The position numbers and the translations under genes are program-made. The notes under the pieces are model-generated. The model had not been told where the DNA came from. It did no database searches and saw only the letters and a program-made list of their open reading frames with translations. DNA of 64,000 nucleotides from Candidatus Eiseniibacteriota bacterium (GTDB taxonomy: Bacteria; Eisenbacteria; RBG-16-71-46), in assembly GCA_963717935.1 (NCBI GenBank), contig CAVQXP010000004.1:160001-224000 (forward strand), given 5' to 3'. Positions 1 to 8,408 of this stretch are shown piece by piece. Numbering within the stretch: position 1 is the stretch's first letter; each line of letters opens with the position of its first letter.

Positions 1-17
1 GGTTCGGATCGCGAGCG

Positions 18-170
18 GTGCGAGGCCGGCATCCGGGGCCATTCCGCGAACACGGCTCGCGCCGACATCCTGTCGGCGCTCTTCGCCTACCGCATGTCGG
101 CCGGACGGCTTCCTGCCGTCCGGCCGACCCGCGGACGTTCGCTCCATGGCCCCGGATGCCGGCCTCGCAC
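18..170. repeat. Nested palindromic (REP/MITE-like) element
   Basis: Perfect 25-bp inverted repeat 18-42/146-170 enclosing hairpins 59-79 and 96-128, both with TCC-containing loops. Confidence 0.7.
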
Positions 171-178
171 GTGCCTGA

Positions 179-1285
179 TCAGGCCCCGGAGGCGTACTTG
201 CGCAGCGCCTCGCGCACGAGCAGCAGGTCACCGACGTTGTCCACGGTCACGAGACCGACGAGGCGCCCCTGCTCGAGCACGGGCACGACCGGGCAATCCT
301 GTCCGCGCATGCGCGACACCACGCCCTCCAGGGGCTCGTCGGCGTCGGCACTGCACGGGTTGCGGCTCATGGCCTCCCCCACGGGCGCGTCCAGGCCCCG
401 GCGTTCCAGCGCCGCGGCCAGCCCGGCGCGGGTCAACATCCCGCGCAGCATGGCGTCTTCCAGCACCGGGAAGTCCTGCTGGCTGCCGGTCATCAGATAC
501 TCGACCGCGCGACGCAGCGGCTCGCGCGCATCGAGGTACCGGAAGTCGGTGAGCATCGCGGCCCGCACGGGGAGCCCGGTGAGCGAGGTGCGGGTCTGGA
601 CCAGCGCGCGCTCCTCGCCCGCGGCGAGGAAGACGAACAGCGCCACGAACGCCAGCATCCAGTTGTTGAAGTAGAACAACCCGCCGACGCCGAGCAGCAG
701 GGCCGCGCCCTGGCCGACGGCCGAGGCGATCTTCGTCGCCCGCAGGTAGGGCAGCCGCAGCGCCAGCAGCGCCCGCAGCACGCGCCCGCCATCCATCGGG
801 AAGGCGGGGAAGAGGTTGAACAGCACCATCAGCACGTTGATCAGGAGCAGTCTCTCGATCAGACCGTCACCGAAGCGCGCGAAATCGGTCGGCCGCCCGG
901 TGAGCGTCATGAGCATCACCAGCAGCGCCGCGATGATCACGTTCACCGCCGGGCCCGCAACGGCGACCAGCATCTCCTGCCCGGGCTTCTCCGGCATCCG
1001 CTCGAGACGCGCCACGCCGCCGATGGGCAGCAGCACGATGTCGCGCGTGGCGATGCCGAAGCGCCGCGCGGTCAGCGCATGGCCCAGCTCGTGCAGGACC
1101 ACGCAGCAGAACACCAGCAGCAGCAGCGCCACCGCCGCGGCCGCCCGCATGACGTCCCCGGTGAGGAGGCCCTGGTTGACGGCGATCCAGCCGATGAAGA
1201 GCAGGAAGGTGACGTGCAGTTCGACGCGGATGCCGAACAGCCTGCCGAGGTTGACGGACCAGCGCATGAGTCGCCTCCGGGACAT
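179..1285 (-). CDS. Site-2 protease (M50) with C-terminal CBS pair
   Basis: HELGH, AGPAVN and NLFPAFPMDGGR motifs, hydrophobic helices, two CBS domains; start may be 1285 or 1267. Confidence 0.92.
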   Translation of the reverse strand: MSRRRLMRWSVNLGRLFGIRVELHVTFLLFIGWIAVNQGLLTGDVMRAAAAVALLLLVFCCVVLHELGHALTARRFGIATRDIVLLPIGGVARLERMPEKPGQEMLVAVAGPAVNVIIAALLVMLMTLTGRPTDFARFGDGLIERLLLINVLMVLFNLFPAFPMDGGRVLRALLALRLPYLRATKIASAVGQGAALLLGVGGLFYFNNWMLAFVALFVFLAAGEERALVQTRTSLTGLPVRAAMLTDFRYLDAREPLRRAVEYLMTGSQQDFPVLEDAMLRGMLTRAGLAAALERRGLDAPVGEAMSRNPCSADADEPLEGVVSRMRGQDCPVVPVLEQGRLVGLVTVDNVGDLLLVREALRKYASGA

Positions 1286-1360
1286 CCGCAGTCTTGCACA
1301 GGGCTCACGGCCCCCGCCAGCCACGCGGACGAGCGCGTGGGTACTCGGCCGGTCGCCGGG

Positions 1361-1499
1361 GCGTCGCGGTGCGGGCAGGGCCGGTGGGCGAGCGTGTCCG
1401 TTGCCTGGCCGTTCGCCAGCGCGTCGCGGCGCGGGCAGGGCCGGTGGGCGAGCGTATCCGTTACCTGGCCACCCACCAGCCCTGCCCGCACCGCGACGC
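1361..1499. repeat. REP/BIME-like composite repeat, family A
   Basis: Two ~50-bp direct copies at a 60-bp period (1361-1410, 1421-1470) plus an inverted arm at 1472-1499. Confidence 0.75.
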
Positions 1500-1523
1500 C
1501 TCCGCCTCGTTCACCGCAATCCG

Positions 1524-2042
1524 TCAGGCCGCGCGGTCATCCTCGGCGGACTCGTCCTCGCCGGGCTCTTTGCCGGCATGGAAGTCCTCGGTGGGGAGGT
1601 CCTCGCCGCTGTCGAAGAAGCACGTCAGCGCATCGAGGTCGCGGTGTGCGTCCGCGTAGCCGGGGTTGATCCAGAGCGCGTGCCAGAGCAGCCGCAGGGC
1701 CATCTCCAGGCTCCCCACCTCGACGCAGGCCGAGCCGGCCTGGTGCCACAGCACCGGGTCGTGCGGCGAGCATGACAGCCCCCGCAGGGCGTACGAGAGA
1801 GCCTCCCGCTCCTCGCCATCGCGCAGGGCGCTCTCTGCCGCCTCGGCGAAGGCGCGCGCGGCCTCGGCGTTGGGCGCCGGGTCGAGTCCGGGAATGAGCA
1901 ACTCGAGTTCGCCCATCACCAGCTTCAGGGTGTGGGCCACATAGGGCTCGAGGCCCATGGATTTGCGCGTGAGCACGCGATCGGCCAGGTGGGCCAGCGC
2001 CCGCGTCACGTCGTTCAGGGTTGGTCGCGGCGAATCCGTCAC
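1524..2042 (-). CDS. TPR-containing hypothetical protein
   Basis: GTG start with a GGAG RBS; TPR-like helices (ALRGLSCSPHDPVLWHQAG, ALWINPGYADAH); acidic tail. Confidence 0.65.
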   Translation of the reverse strand: MTDSPRPTLNDVTRALAHLADRVLTRKSMGLEPYVAHTLKLVMGELELLIPGLDPAPNAEAARAFAEAAESALRDGEEREALSYALRGLSCSPHDPVLWHQAGSACVEVGSLEMALRLLWHALWINPGYADAHRDLDALTCFFDSGEDLPTEDFHAGKEPGEDESAEDDRAA

Positions 2043-2216
2043 GGCAGGTCTCCAGGGGACCGGAGCCGCGCCTGCCGCTCGTTGGTCGTCGCTGGACCCA
2101 CCCTTCGGTGGGCACCCAGCAGGGCGCAGGCGCGGAATGCTCACGGTCCTGCACCGGGTATCGGCACAAACGCAACGGACTTGATGGACTTTGAGGAAGG
2201 AGCGGAAAGAGCGCGC

Positions 2217-3105
2217 TCAGTGCCGCGAGAAACGGGGTTCCACGACCCGCAGGAACTGCTCGAGCACGTTCCCCGAGACCCGCCGCCGGTACTCCCGGTC
2301 CGAGCGGATGTCGTCGATGGGCGCGATGTCCTCGAGCAGCGCCGCGCGCGCCGCGGCCGCCGCCGTGGCGGAAGGCCGGACCCCGAGCAGGACCCGCTCG
2401 GCGCCGCGCGCGCGGAGCGTGACGGGCGCCACGCTGCCGAGCGCCACGCGCGCGAGGTCCACCCGGCCGTCGCGTCCCAGGCGCAGCAGGCCGGCGAGGA
2501 CGACCTTCGAGATGCTCTGCGCGCGGCGCGTCCCCACCTTGCGGAAGAACTGCTTCGCGCGCGCGGGCGCCGGCGGCAGGCTCACCCCGACGATCAACTC
2601 GTCGGGCTCGAGTGCGAGGTCGCGGTAGCCGCGGAAGAGCGCCGTGAAGGGCACCTCGCGCGTGCCTCGCACCGAGCGCGCGTGCACCACGGCCTCGAGC
2701 GCCAGGAGCACGGGCAGCGAGTCGCCGGCCGGCGAGGCGTTGGCGATGTTGCCGCCCAGCGTCCCGCGGTTCTGGATCTGCCAGGCGCCGATCTCCGCGG
2801 CCGCGGCCGCGAGCGCGGGGTAGCGCCGCCGCACGATCGCGTCGCTCGCGGATCTCGCTGAAGGTGGTCAGCGCGCCGAGGACCAGCCGGCCACCCTGCT
2901 CGCGCACACCCCGCAATTCGCGCAGGCCCCACAGGTCGAGGAAGCGCCGCCCGGGCACCACACCCGAGTTGAGCGTGACGAAGAGGTCGGTGCCGCCGGC
3001 AAGCGGCACGAGCCGTCCGCCGGCGAGCGAGTCGTGCAGCAGCTTCAGCGCGTGAGCGAGGTCGCGCGGGCGCGCGACGTCGAGCGTGGAGAGCGCCGCC
3101 CTCAT
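2217..3105 (-). CDS. Xanthine dehydrogenase-family FAD-binding subunit (frameshift near 2840)
   Basis: AGGTDL motif in one frame; QIQNRGTLGGNIANASPAGD and PIDDIRSDREYR in another. Confidence 0.88.
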
Positions 3106-3722
3106 CGCCCGGCCTGCTCCCTGCCGCGGATGGTCTTCGCCTTTCCCTTCGCCTTTCCCTTCGCCTTCCCCTTCGTCTTCGCCGGCTTCGCCTTCGCGCG
3201 CGCCGCCGGCCTCGCCGCGCGGGCGGGCCGCTTGCGGGCGGAGCCCTTCGCCTCCCGCGCCGCGGTTCTCACGGCGTTCACGATCATCTGATAGCCGGTG
3301 CAGCGGCAGAGGTTCCCGGCCAGCGCCACCCGCACCTCTTCGTCGCCGGGCACGCGGCCCTTTGCGCGCTGGAGCAGCGCGTGGGCGGTCACCAGGATGC
3401 CGGGCGTGCAGATGCCGCACTGGGTGCCGCCGCGCTCGACGAACGCGCGCTGGAGCACGGAGAGCGCGGGGCCCTTCGCGAGGCCCTCGACCGTCACGAT
3501 CTTCACGCCCCTGGCCTGCGACGCGGGCACCAGGCAGGAGTTCACGGGAACGCCGTCCATGAGCACCGTGCAGGCCCCGCACTCGCCCTCGCCGCAGCCC
3601 TCCTTGGTGCCGGTCAGGCCACAGTCCTCGCGCAGCACGTCCAGCAGCCGCTTCATGGGCGGCACGCGCACGCGCCGTCTCTTCCCGTTGACCGTGAGGT
3701 CCAGCGTCAGGACCGTGCTCAT
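3102..3722 (-). CDS. Xanthine dehydrogenase-family (2Fe-2S) subunit with Lys/Ala-rich tail
   Basis: GTKEGCGEGECGAC, QCGICTPG and GNLCRCTGY motifs. Confidence 0.93.
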   Translation of the reverse strand: MSTVLTLDLTVNGKRRRVRVPPMKRLLDVLREDCGLTGTKEGCGEGECGACTVLMDGVPVNSCLVPASQARGVKIVTVEGLAKGPALSVLQRAFVERGGTQCGICTPGILVTAHALLQRAKGRVPGDEEVRVALAGNLCRCTGYQMIVNAVRTAAREAKGSARKRPARAARPAARAKAKPAKTKGKAKGKAKGKAKTIRGREQAGR

Positions 3723-6040
3723 GGCTTCTCCAGTCGCCCGAACAGCGCGCGGAGCAGCCGCTCGGGGGTGACCGGGATCTCGTCCACGCGCGCGCCGGTG
3801 GCGTGCGCGATGGCGGCCACGACCGCTCCGGCCGGGACGTCCATGGGCAGCTCACCCACGCCCTTCGCGCCAAATGGCCCGCCCGGGTATGGGTTCTCGA
3901 TGATCATCACGTCGAACGGCGGCGCGTCCACGGCCGTCGGGATGATGTAGTTCGTGAGCTGGTGGTTCCAGATGCGCCCGTCCTTCCAGCGCACCTCCTC
4001 GAGCAGCGCGTAGCCCAGGCCCTGGAGCGTTCCGCCTTCGATCTGTCCGACGCACAGCAGCGGGTGGATGGCCTTGCCGATGTCCTGCGCGGTGGTGACG
4101 CGGAGCACGCGCACCTCGCCGGTGTCGAGGTCGACCTCGACCTCGACCGTGATGGCCGCGTACGAGAAGCAGGGGTAGGCGTCGCCCTCGTAGGTGTCCT
4201 CGTCCCAGACGATGTGGGGCGGCTTCTGGTACCGCCGCTCGACGCGCAACGGCCCGCGCTCGGCAAGGAAGCGGCGCGCGACGCGCTGGAAGTCCGCGCC
4301 GCCGTCGATCGCGCGCTCGGCGAACAACTCGAGCCGCTCGCGCATCCCCCGCGCGCAGTCCTCGAGCAACCCGCCCACCACCATCGTGGTGCGAGAGGCC
4401 ACGGTCGGGCCGCTGTCCGGCACCATGCCGGTGTCCGGCGTCTGGACCAGCACCAGCCCGGGCGGCACACCCAGCCGCTCCGCCACCATCTGCGTGAACA
4501 CGGTGATGGCGCCCTGTCCGATCTCGGTGCTGGCGGCCAGCACGCGCGGGCGGCCCCCGGGCGCCAACTCGAGCGCGGCGAGCGACCGGAGCCTGACCTC
4601 GCCGCTGCCGGTGAAGCCCGCCCCGTGCCAGCCGAGCGCCAGCCCGATGCCGCGCCGCAGCCGGCGTCCGCCGGGCGCGAACCGGCCCGCGCGCTCGGCG
4701 CGCTCCGCGGCCGCGTTCTCGCGCTCGTAGCGGCGGCGCTTCCCGGCCCAACCCGCGCGCAGGACGGTGCGGTCGAGTACCTCGACCGCGCTGACGCTCT
4801 CGCGCAGGACCTGTCCGGTCGGCGTCACATCGCCCAGGACGTAGGCGTTGCGGCGGCGCAGGACGAACGGGTCGAGCCCCAGTTCGGCGGCGGCGCGGTC
4901 CATGTGGCTCTCCATCGCGTACACGGTCTGCGGCACGCCGAAGCCGCGGAAAGCCCCGTTGGGCGGCGTATTGGTCGCCACGCAGCGCGCACGGATCCTC
5001 ACGCTGGGGCAGCGGTAGGGCCCGGCCGCGTGGAGCGCGCCCCGCGAGAGCACCACCGGCGAGAGCGTCACGTAGGCGCCGCCGTCCATCACCGCATCCA
5101 CGTCGGTCGCCACCAGGGTGCCGTCGCGCTTGTGCCCGGTGCGCACGCGGATGATGGCGGGGTGGCGCTTGGTGGTGGAGGCGATGTCCTCCAGGCGGTC
5201 GTAGACGAGCTTCACCGGCCGGCCGCTCTTCCAGGCCAGCAGCGCCGCGTGCCCGCCGATCACGGAGGGGTAGTCCTCCTTGCCGCCGAATCCCCCGCCG
5301 GTGACCGTCTGGATCACGCGGATCTTCTCCGGCGGCAGCCCGAACATGCGCTGCAGCGCATGATGCACGAAGTAGGGGCACTGCATCGAGCCGCGCACGA
5401 CGATGCCGCCCTCGGCGGTGCGTTCGCCGATCATGCCGTTGTTCTCGATGTAGAGCTGCTCCTGGTGGCCGCAGCGGTAGACCCCTTCGACCACGACGTC
5501 GGCGGCCGCGAAGCCCGCCGCGAGGTCGCCACGCGCGATGTCGTACTCCTTGAAGACGTTGTCCTCGCCGTGGATCTTCACCCGCGCCGCGAGCGCGTCC
5601 TCGATCGAGAGCACGGCATCGAGCGGCTCCACCTCGACGCGCACGGCGGCAAGGGCGGCCTCGGCGCGCTCGGGATCGGCGTGCGCCAGCAGCAGGATGG
5701 CCTGGTCCGCGTGCTCGATCTCGCGCACGGCCAGCAGCGGCTGGTCCTCGAGGATGTGGGCCACGCAGTTCTCGCCCGGGATGTCCTTGTGGTCGGCGAT
5801 CACCACGCCGTTCCAGTCGAAGGCCGGGTCGAACTCGATGCGGCGGATGATCCCGCGCGCGACCGTGGAGCGCACGGTGCGCCCGTGGAGCATCCCGGGG
5901 AGCCTGAGGTCGTCCAGGTAGAGGGCGCGGCCGGTGACCTTGTCGACGCCGTCGCGCTTGGGGACGCTCACGCCCACGGCCGGCTCGGGCCGGAGCGTGG
6001 TCCCTGGGCGGCGGGTGCGGGGGCTGGAGGTGCGCGTCAT
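3719..6040 (-). CDS. Xanthine dehydrogenase-family molybdopterin-binding subunit
   Basis: DKVTG, GGGFGGK, AFRGFG, GQIEGG and GAKGVGE motifs; start placed at MTRTSS rather than the longer track ORF. Confidence 0.93.
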   Translation of the reverse strand: MTRTSSPRTRRPGTTLRPEPAVGVSVPKRDGVDKVTGRALYLDDLRLPGMLHGRTVRSTVARGIIRRIEFDPAFDWNGVVIADHKDIPGENCVAHILEDQPLLAVREIEHADQAILLLAHADPERAEAALAAVRVEVEPLDAVLSIEDALAARVKIHGEDNVFKEYDIARGDLAAGFAAADVVVEGVYRCGHQEQLYIENNGMIGERTAEGGIVVRGSMQCPYFVHHALQRMFGLPPEKIRVIQTVTGGGFGGKEDYPSVIGGHAALLAWKSGRPVKLVYDRLEDIASTTKRHPAIIRVRTGHKRDGTLVATDVDAVMDGGAYVTLSPVVLSRGALHAAGPYRCPSVRIRARCVATNTPPNGAFRGFGVPQTVYAMESHMDRAAAELGLDPFVLRRRNAYVLGDVTPTGQVLRESVSAVEVLDRTVLRAGWAGKRRRYERENAAAERAERAGRFAPGGRRLRRGIGLALGWHGAGFTGSGEVRLRSLAALELAPGGRPRVLAASTEIGQGAITVFTQMVAERLGVPPGLVLVQTPDTGMVPDSGPTVASRTTMVVGGLLEDCARGMRERLELFAERAIDGGADFQRVARRFLAERGPLRVERRYQKPPHIVWDEDTYEGDAYPCFSYAAITVEVEVDLDTGEVRVLRVTTAQDIGKAIHPLLCVGQIEGGTLQGLGYALLEEVRWKDGRIWNHQLTNYIIPTAVDAPPFDVMIIENPYPGGPFGAKGVGELPMDVPAGAVVAAIAHATGARVDEIPVTPERLLRALFGRLEKP

Positions 6041-6171
6041 CCAGCGCAGGTTACGATGCCGGGCGGCGGTGGTCCAGATGGACCGCGGGGGCATCGACCG
6101 CGGGGGCGGGCGGAGCCGCGACCTCGGTGGTTCACCGCCGCGGAGCGTGGAGGTCCTGCGTGGCCAGGGCC

Positions 6172-8391
6172 TCAGATCGCGCCGGTCTCCACCCTCTCCC
6201 GAAGAGCGGCCACGGGTCCCGGCCGGCCGAAGTGAAACCCCTGGAACGCCTGGCAGCCCATATCGGCGAGCAAGTGCCACTGCTCCCTGGTTTCCACGCC
6301 CTCGGCGATGACGGCCAGGCCCAGGCTCTGCCCGAGGGCAATGATGGTGCGGGCAATGGCGGCATCGCTGGAGTCGACGAGGATATCGCGCACGAAGGAC
6401 CGGTCGATCTTCAGCTGGTCGAGGGGCAGATGCTTCAGGTAGGAGAGCGAGGAATAGCCGGTGCCGAAGTCGTCCAGAGAGATCCCCACGCCGCGGGCCT
6501 TGAGGGCGTTCATCCTGCTGATGGCTTCCTCGATGTCGTCCACCAGCAGGCTTTCGGTGAATTCCAGCACGAGTTTCCCTGGATCGGCGCCGGTGCGATC
6601 GATCACGTCGAGCACGCGTGACACGAGTCCCGGGCGACGGAACTCGCGAGCGCTGATGTTCATCGCCAGCGTGAGGTGGGCCGTGTCCGGCTGCGCACTC
6701 CAGGCCACCAGCTGGGCGCACGCGATCTCCAGCACACGCTGGCCCAGGGGCTGGATCAGCCCAGTGTCCTCGGCCAGGGGAATGAACTCGGCCGGAGAGA
6801 TCAGGCCGCGGCGTGGATGTTGCCAGCGCGCCAGCGCCTCGGCGCCAGTGAACCGGCCCTCGCGGTCCACCTGACGCTGGTAGTGAAGCACGAACTGGCC
6901 TTCCCGCATCCCGCTGCGCAGGTCGGCCTCCAGCGCGGCGCGGGCGGTGACCGCAGCCTGCATCTCCGGGTCGAAGAATCGCAGGGTGTTGCGGCCCACC
7001 GCCTTGGCCCGGTACATGGCGAGATCCGCCCGCTTCAGCAGGTCCTCGGCGTTCTCCCGGTGATCGCTGAACAGGGTGATGCCGATGCACCCGGTGCTGT
7101 GATACTCGCGGCCCGCGAGCAGGGCGGGCGGAGTGATGGCGAGAAGAATCTTCTCGCCGACGAGCTCGGCCTGGCTGGCGGCTTCCTGGGGATTCGCGCT
7201 CAGGTCCCCCAGCATGACCACGAACTCGTCGCCCCCCAGGCGGGCGACCGTGTCGCACGAGCGCACGCAGGCAAGAAGCCGCTGGGCGACCTGTTGCAGC
7301 AGCAGGTCCCCCGCGTCGTGACCCAGGGTGTCGTTGAGGCTCTTGAAGTCGTCCAGATCGATGAAGAGGATCGCCCCCCGCCGCTGGCTGCGGGTGCGCG
7401 ACGCCAGGGCCTGCTGCATCCGGTCCAGCAGGAGCCGCCGGTTGGGCAACCCGGTCATCGGATCATAGAACGCCAGCTGCTCGATATCTGCTTCCGCCGA
7501 CTTGCGCTGGGTGATGTCGATGAGCGTGCCGACGTAGTGGGTGACGTTTCCGGCGTCGTCTCTCACGGCGGTGATGGTGAGCCATGCGGGGTACATCTTG
7601 CCGCTCTTGTGCAGATTCCAGATCTCTCCCCGCCATTCCCCGGCGTTGCTGATGGCCTTCCACATGTTGGCGTAGAAAGCGGCAGCGTGGCGGCCGGACT
7701 TGAACTTGCGCGGCGTCTGTCCCACGACCTCCGCGGCAGTGAAGCCGGTGATGTCGGTGAAGGCCTGGTTGACCCGCAGGATCGAGGTCGCAGCATCGGT
7801 GACGAGCATGCCTTCCTGAGACTCGAAGGCGGTCGCAGCGACACGCAACTCCGCCTCCGCCCGCTTGCGACCGGTGATGTCGGTGAGGGCCAAGCGCACC
7901 GTGGATGATTCGTCCCCGGCCGCCACGCGCACGCAGTCGAGTTGAGCCTGGATCACGGAACCGTCGCCACGCCGAAGTGCCAGGTCGCACGTTTCCCGTT
8001 TGCCATGCTGCAACACGTTCCCGATGAATCGGTGATATCGATCGCCGTCCGCGTTGGTGACGAATCGGGCGAAGCTGCTCTTGAGCAGCTTCCCGCGCTC
8101 CTCCCCCAACAACGTGGCACCGGTCAGGTTGACCTCGGAGATCAGGGCCTTGCTCGTGAGCGTGAAGTAGCCGACGGGCGCGAACTCATAGAGGTCCATG
8201 TAGCGGTCGCGGGATTCCTCCAGTGCGAACTGGGCGCGCTGCAACTCCTCGTTCTGCATCTCCAGTTCGATCTGGTGCACGTGGAGTTCGTGCAGGAGTT
8301 CCCCGGCGGGGCGACCGGGCGCTTCCGTCCGCTTGACGCGGGCGGACTTCATCTCCGCCTTCGCCCGCAGTTCCGGCTTGCCGGGCTTCAT
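6172..8391 (-). CDS. PAS-PAS-GGDEF-EAL diguanylate cyclase/phosphodiesterase
   Basis: ELHVHQIELEMQNEEL coiled coil, PAS domains, RxxD (RSCD) plus GGDEF, EAL, DDFGTGYSS, KIDRSF, AEGVE. Confidence 0.93.
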   Translation of the reverse strand: MKPGKPELRAKAEMKSARVKRTEAPGRPAGELLHELHVHQIELEMQNEELQRAQFALEESRDRYMDLYEFAPVGYFTLTSKALISEVNLTGATLLGEERGKLLKSSFARFVTNADGDRYHRFIGNVLQHGKRETCDLALRRGDGSVIQAQLDCVRVAAGDESSTVRLALTDITGRKRAEAELRVAATAFESQEGMLVTDAATSILRVNQAFTDITGFTAAEVVGQTPRKFKSGRHAAAFYANMWKAISNAGEWRGEIWNLHKSGKMYPAWLTITAVRDDAGNVTHYVGTLIDITQRKSAEADIEQLAFYDPMTGLPNRRLLLDRMQQALASRTRSQRRGAILFIDLDDFKSLNDTLGHDAGDLLLQQVAQRLLACVRSCDTVARLGGDEFVVMLGDLSANPQEAASQAELVGEKILLAITPPALLAGREYHSTGCIGITLFSDHRENAEDLLKRADLAMYRAKAVGRNTLRFFDPEMQAAVTARAALEADLRSGMREGQFVLHYQRQVDREGRFTGAEALARWQHPRRGLISPAEFIPLAEDTGLIQPLGQRVLEIACAQLVAWSAQPDTAHLTLAMNISAREFRRPGLVSRVLDVIDRTGADPGKLVLEFTESLLVDDIEEAISRMNALKARGVGISLDDFGTGYSSLSYLKHLPLDQLKIDRSFVRDILVDSSDAAIARTIIALGQSLGLAVIAEGVETREQWHLLADMGCQAFQGFHFGRPGPVAALRERVETGAI

Positions 8392-8408
8392 CCCCTCCCG
8401 TTCCTGTT

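Noticed and set aside
1361..1499. CRISPR array here or at 51074-51235
   Set aside because: Only two direct copies, spacers too short, an inverted third copy, and no cas genes
3719..7258. Long track ORFs such as 3719..7258, 28241..32266, 17939..20827 and many antisense ORFs
   Set aside because: Extensions and shadow frames caused by stop-codon scarcity at high GC; Arg/Pro/Ala-rich with no motifs
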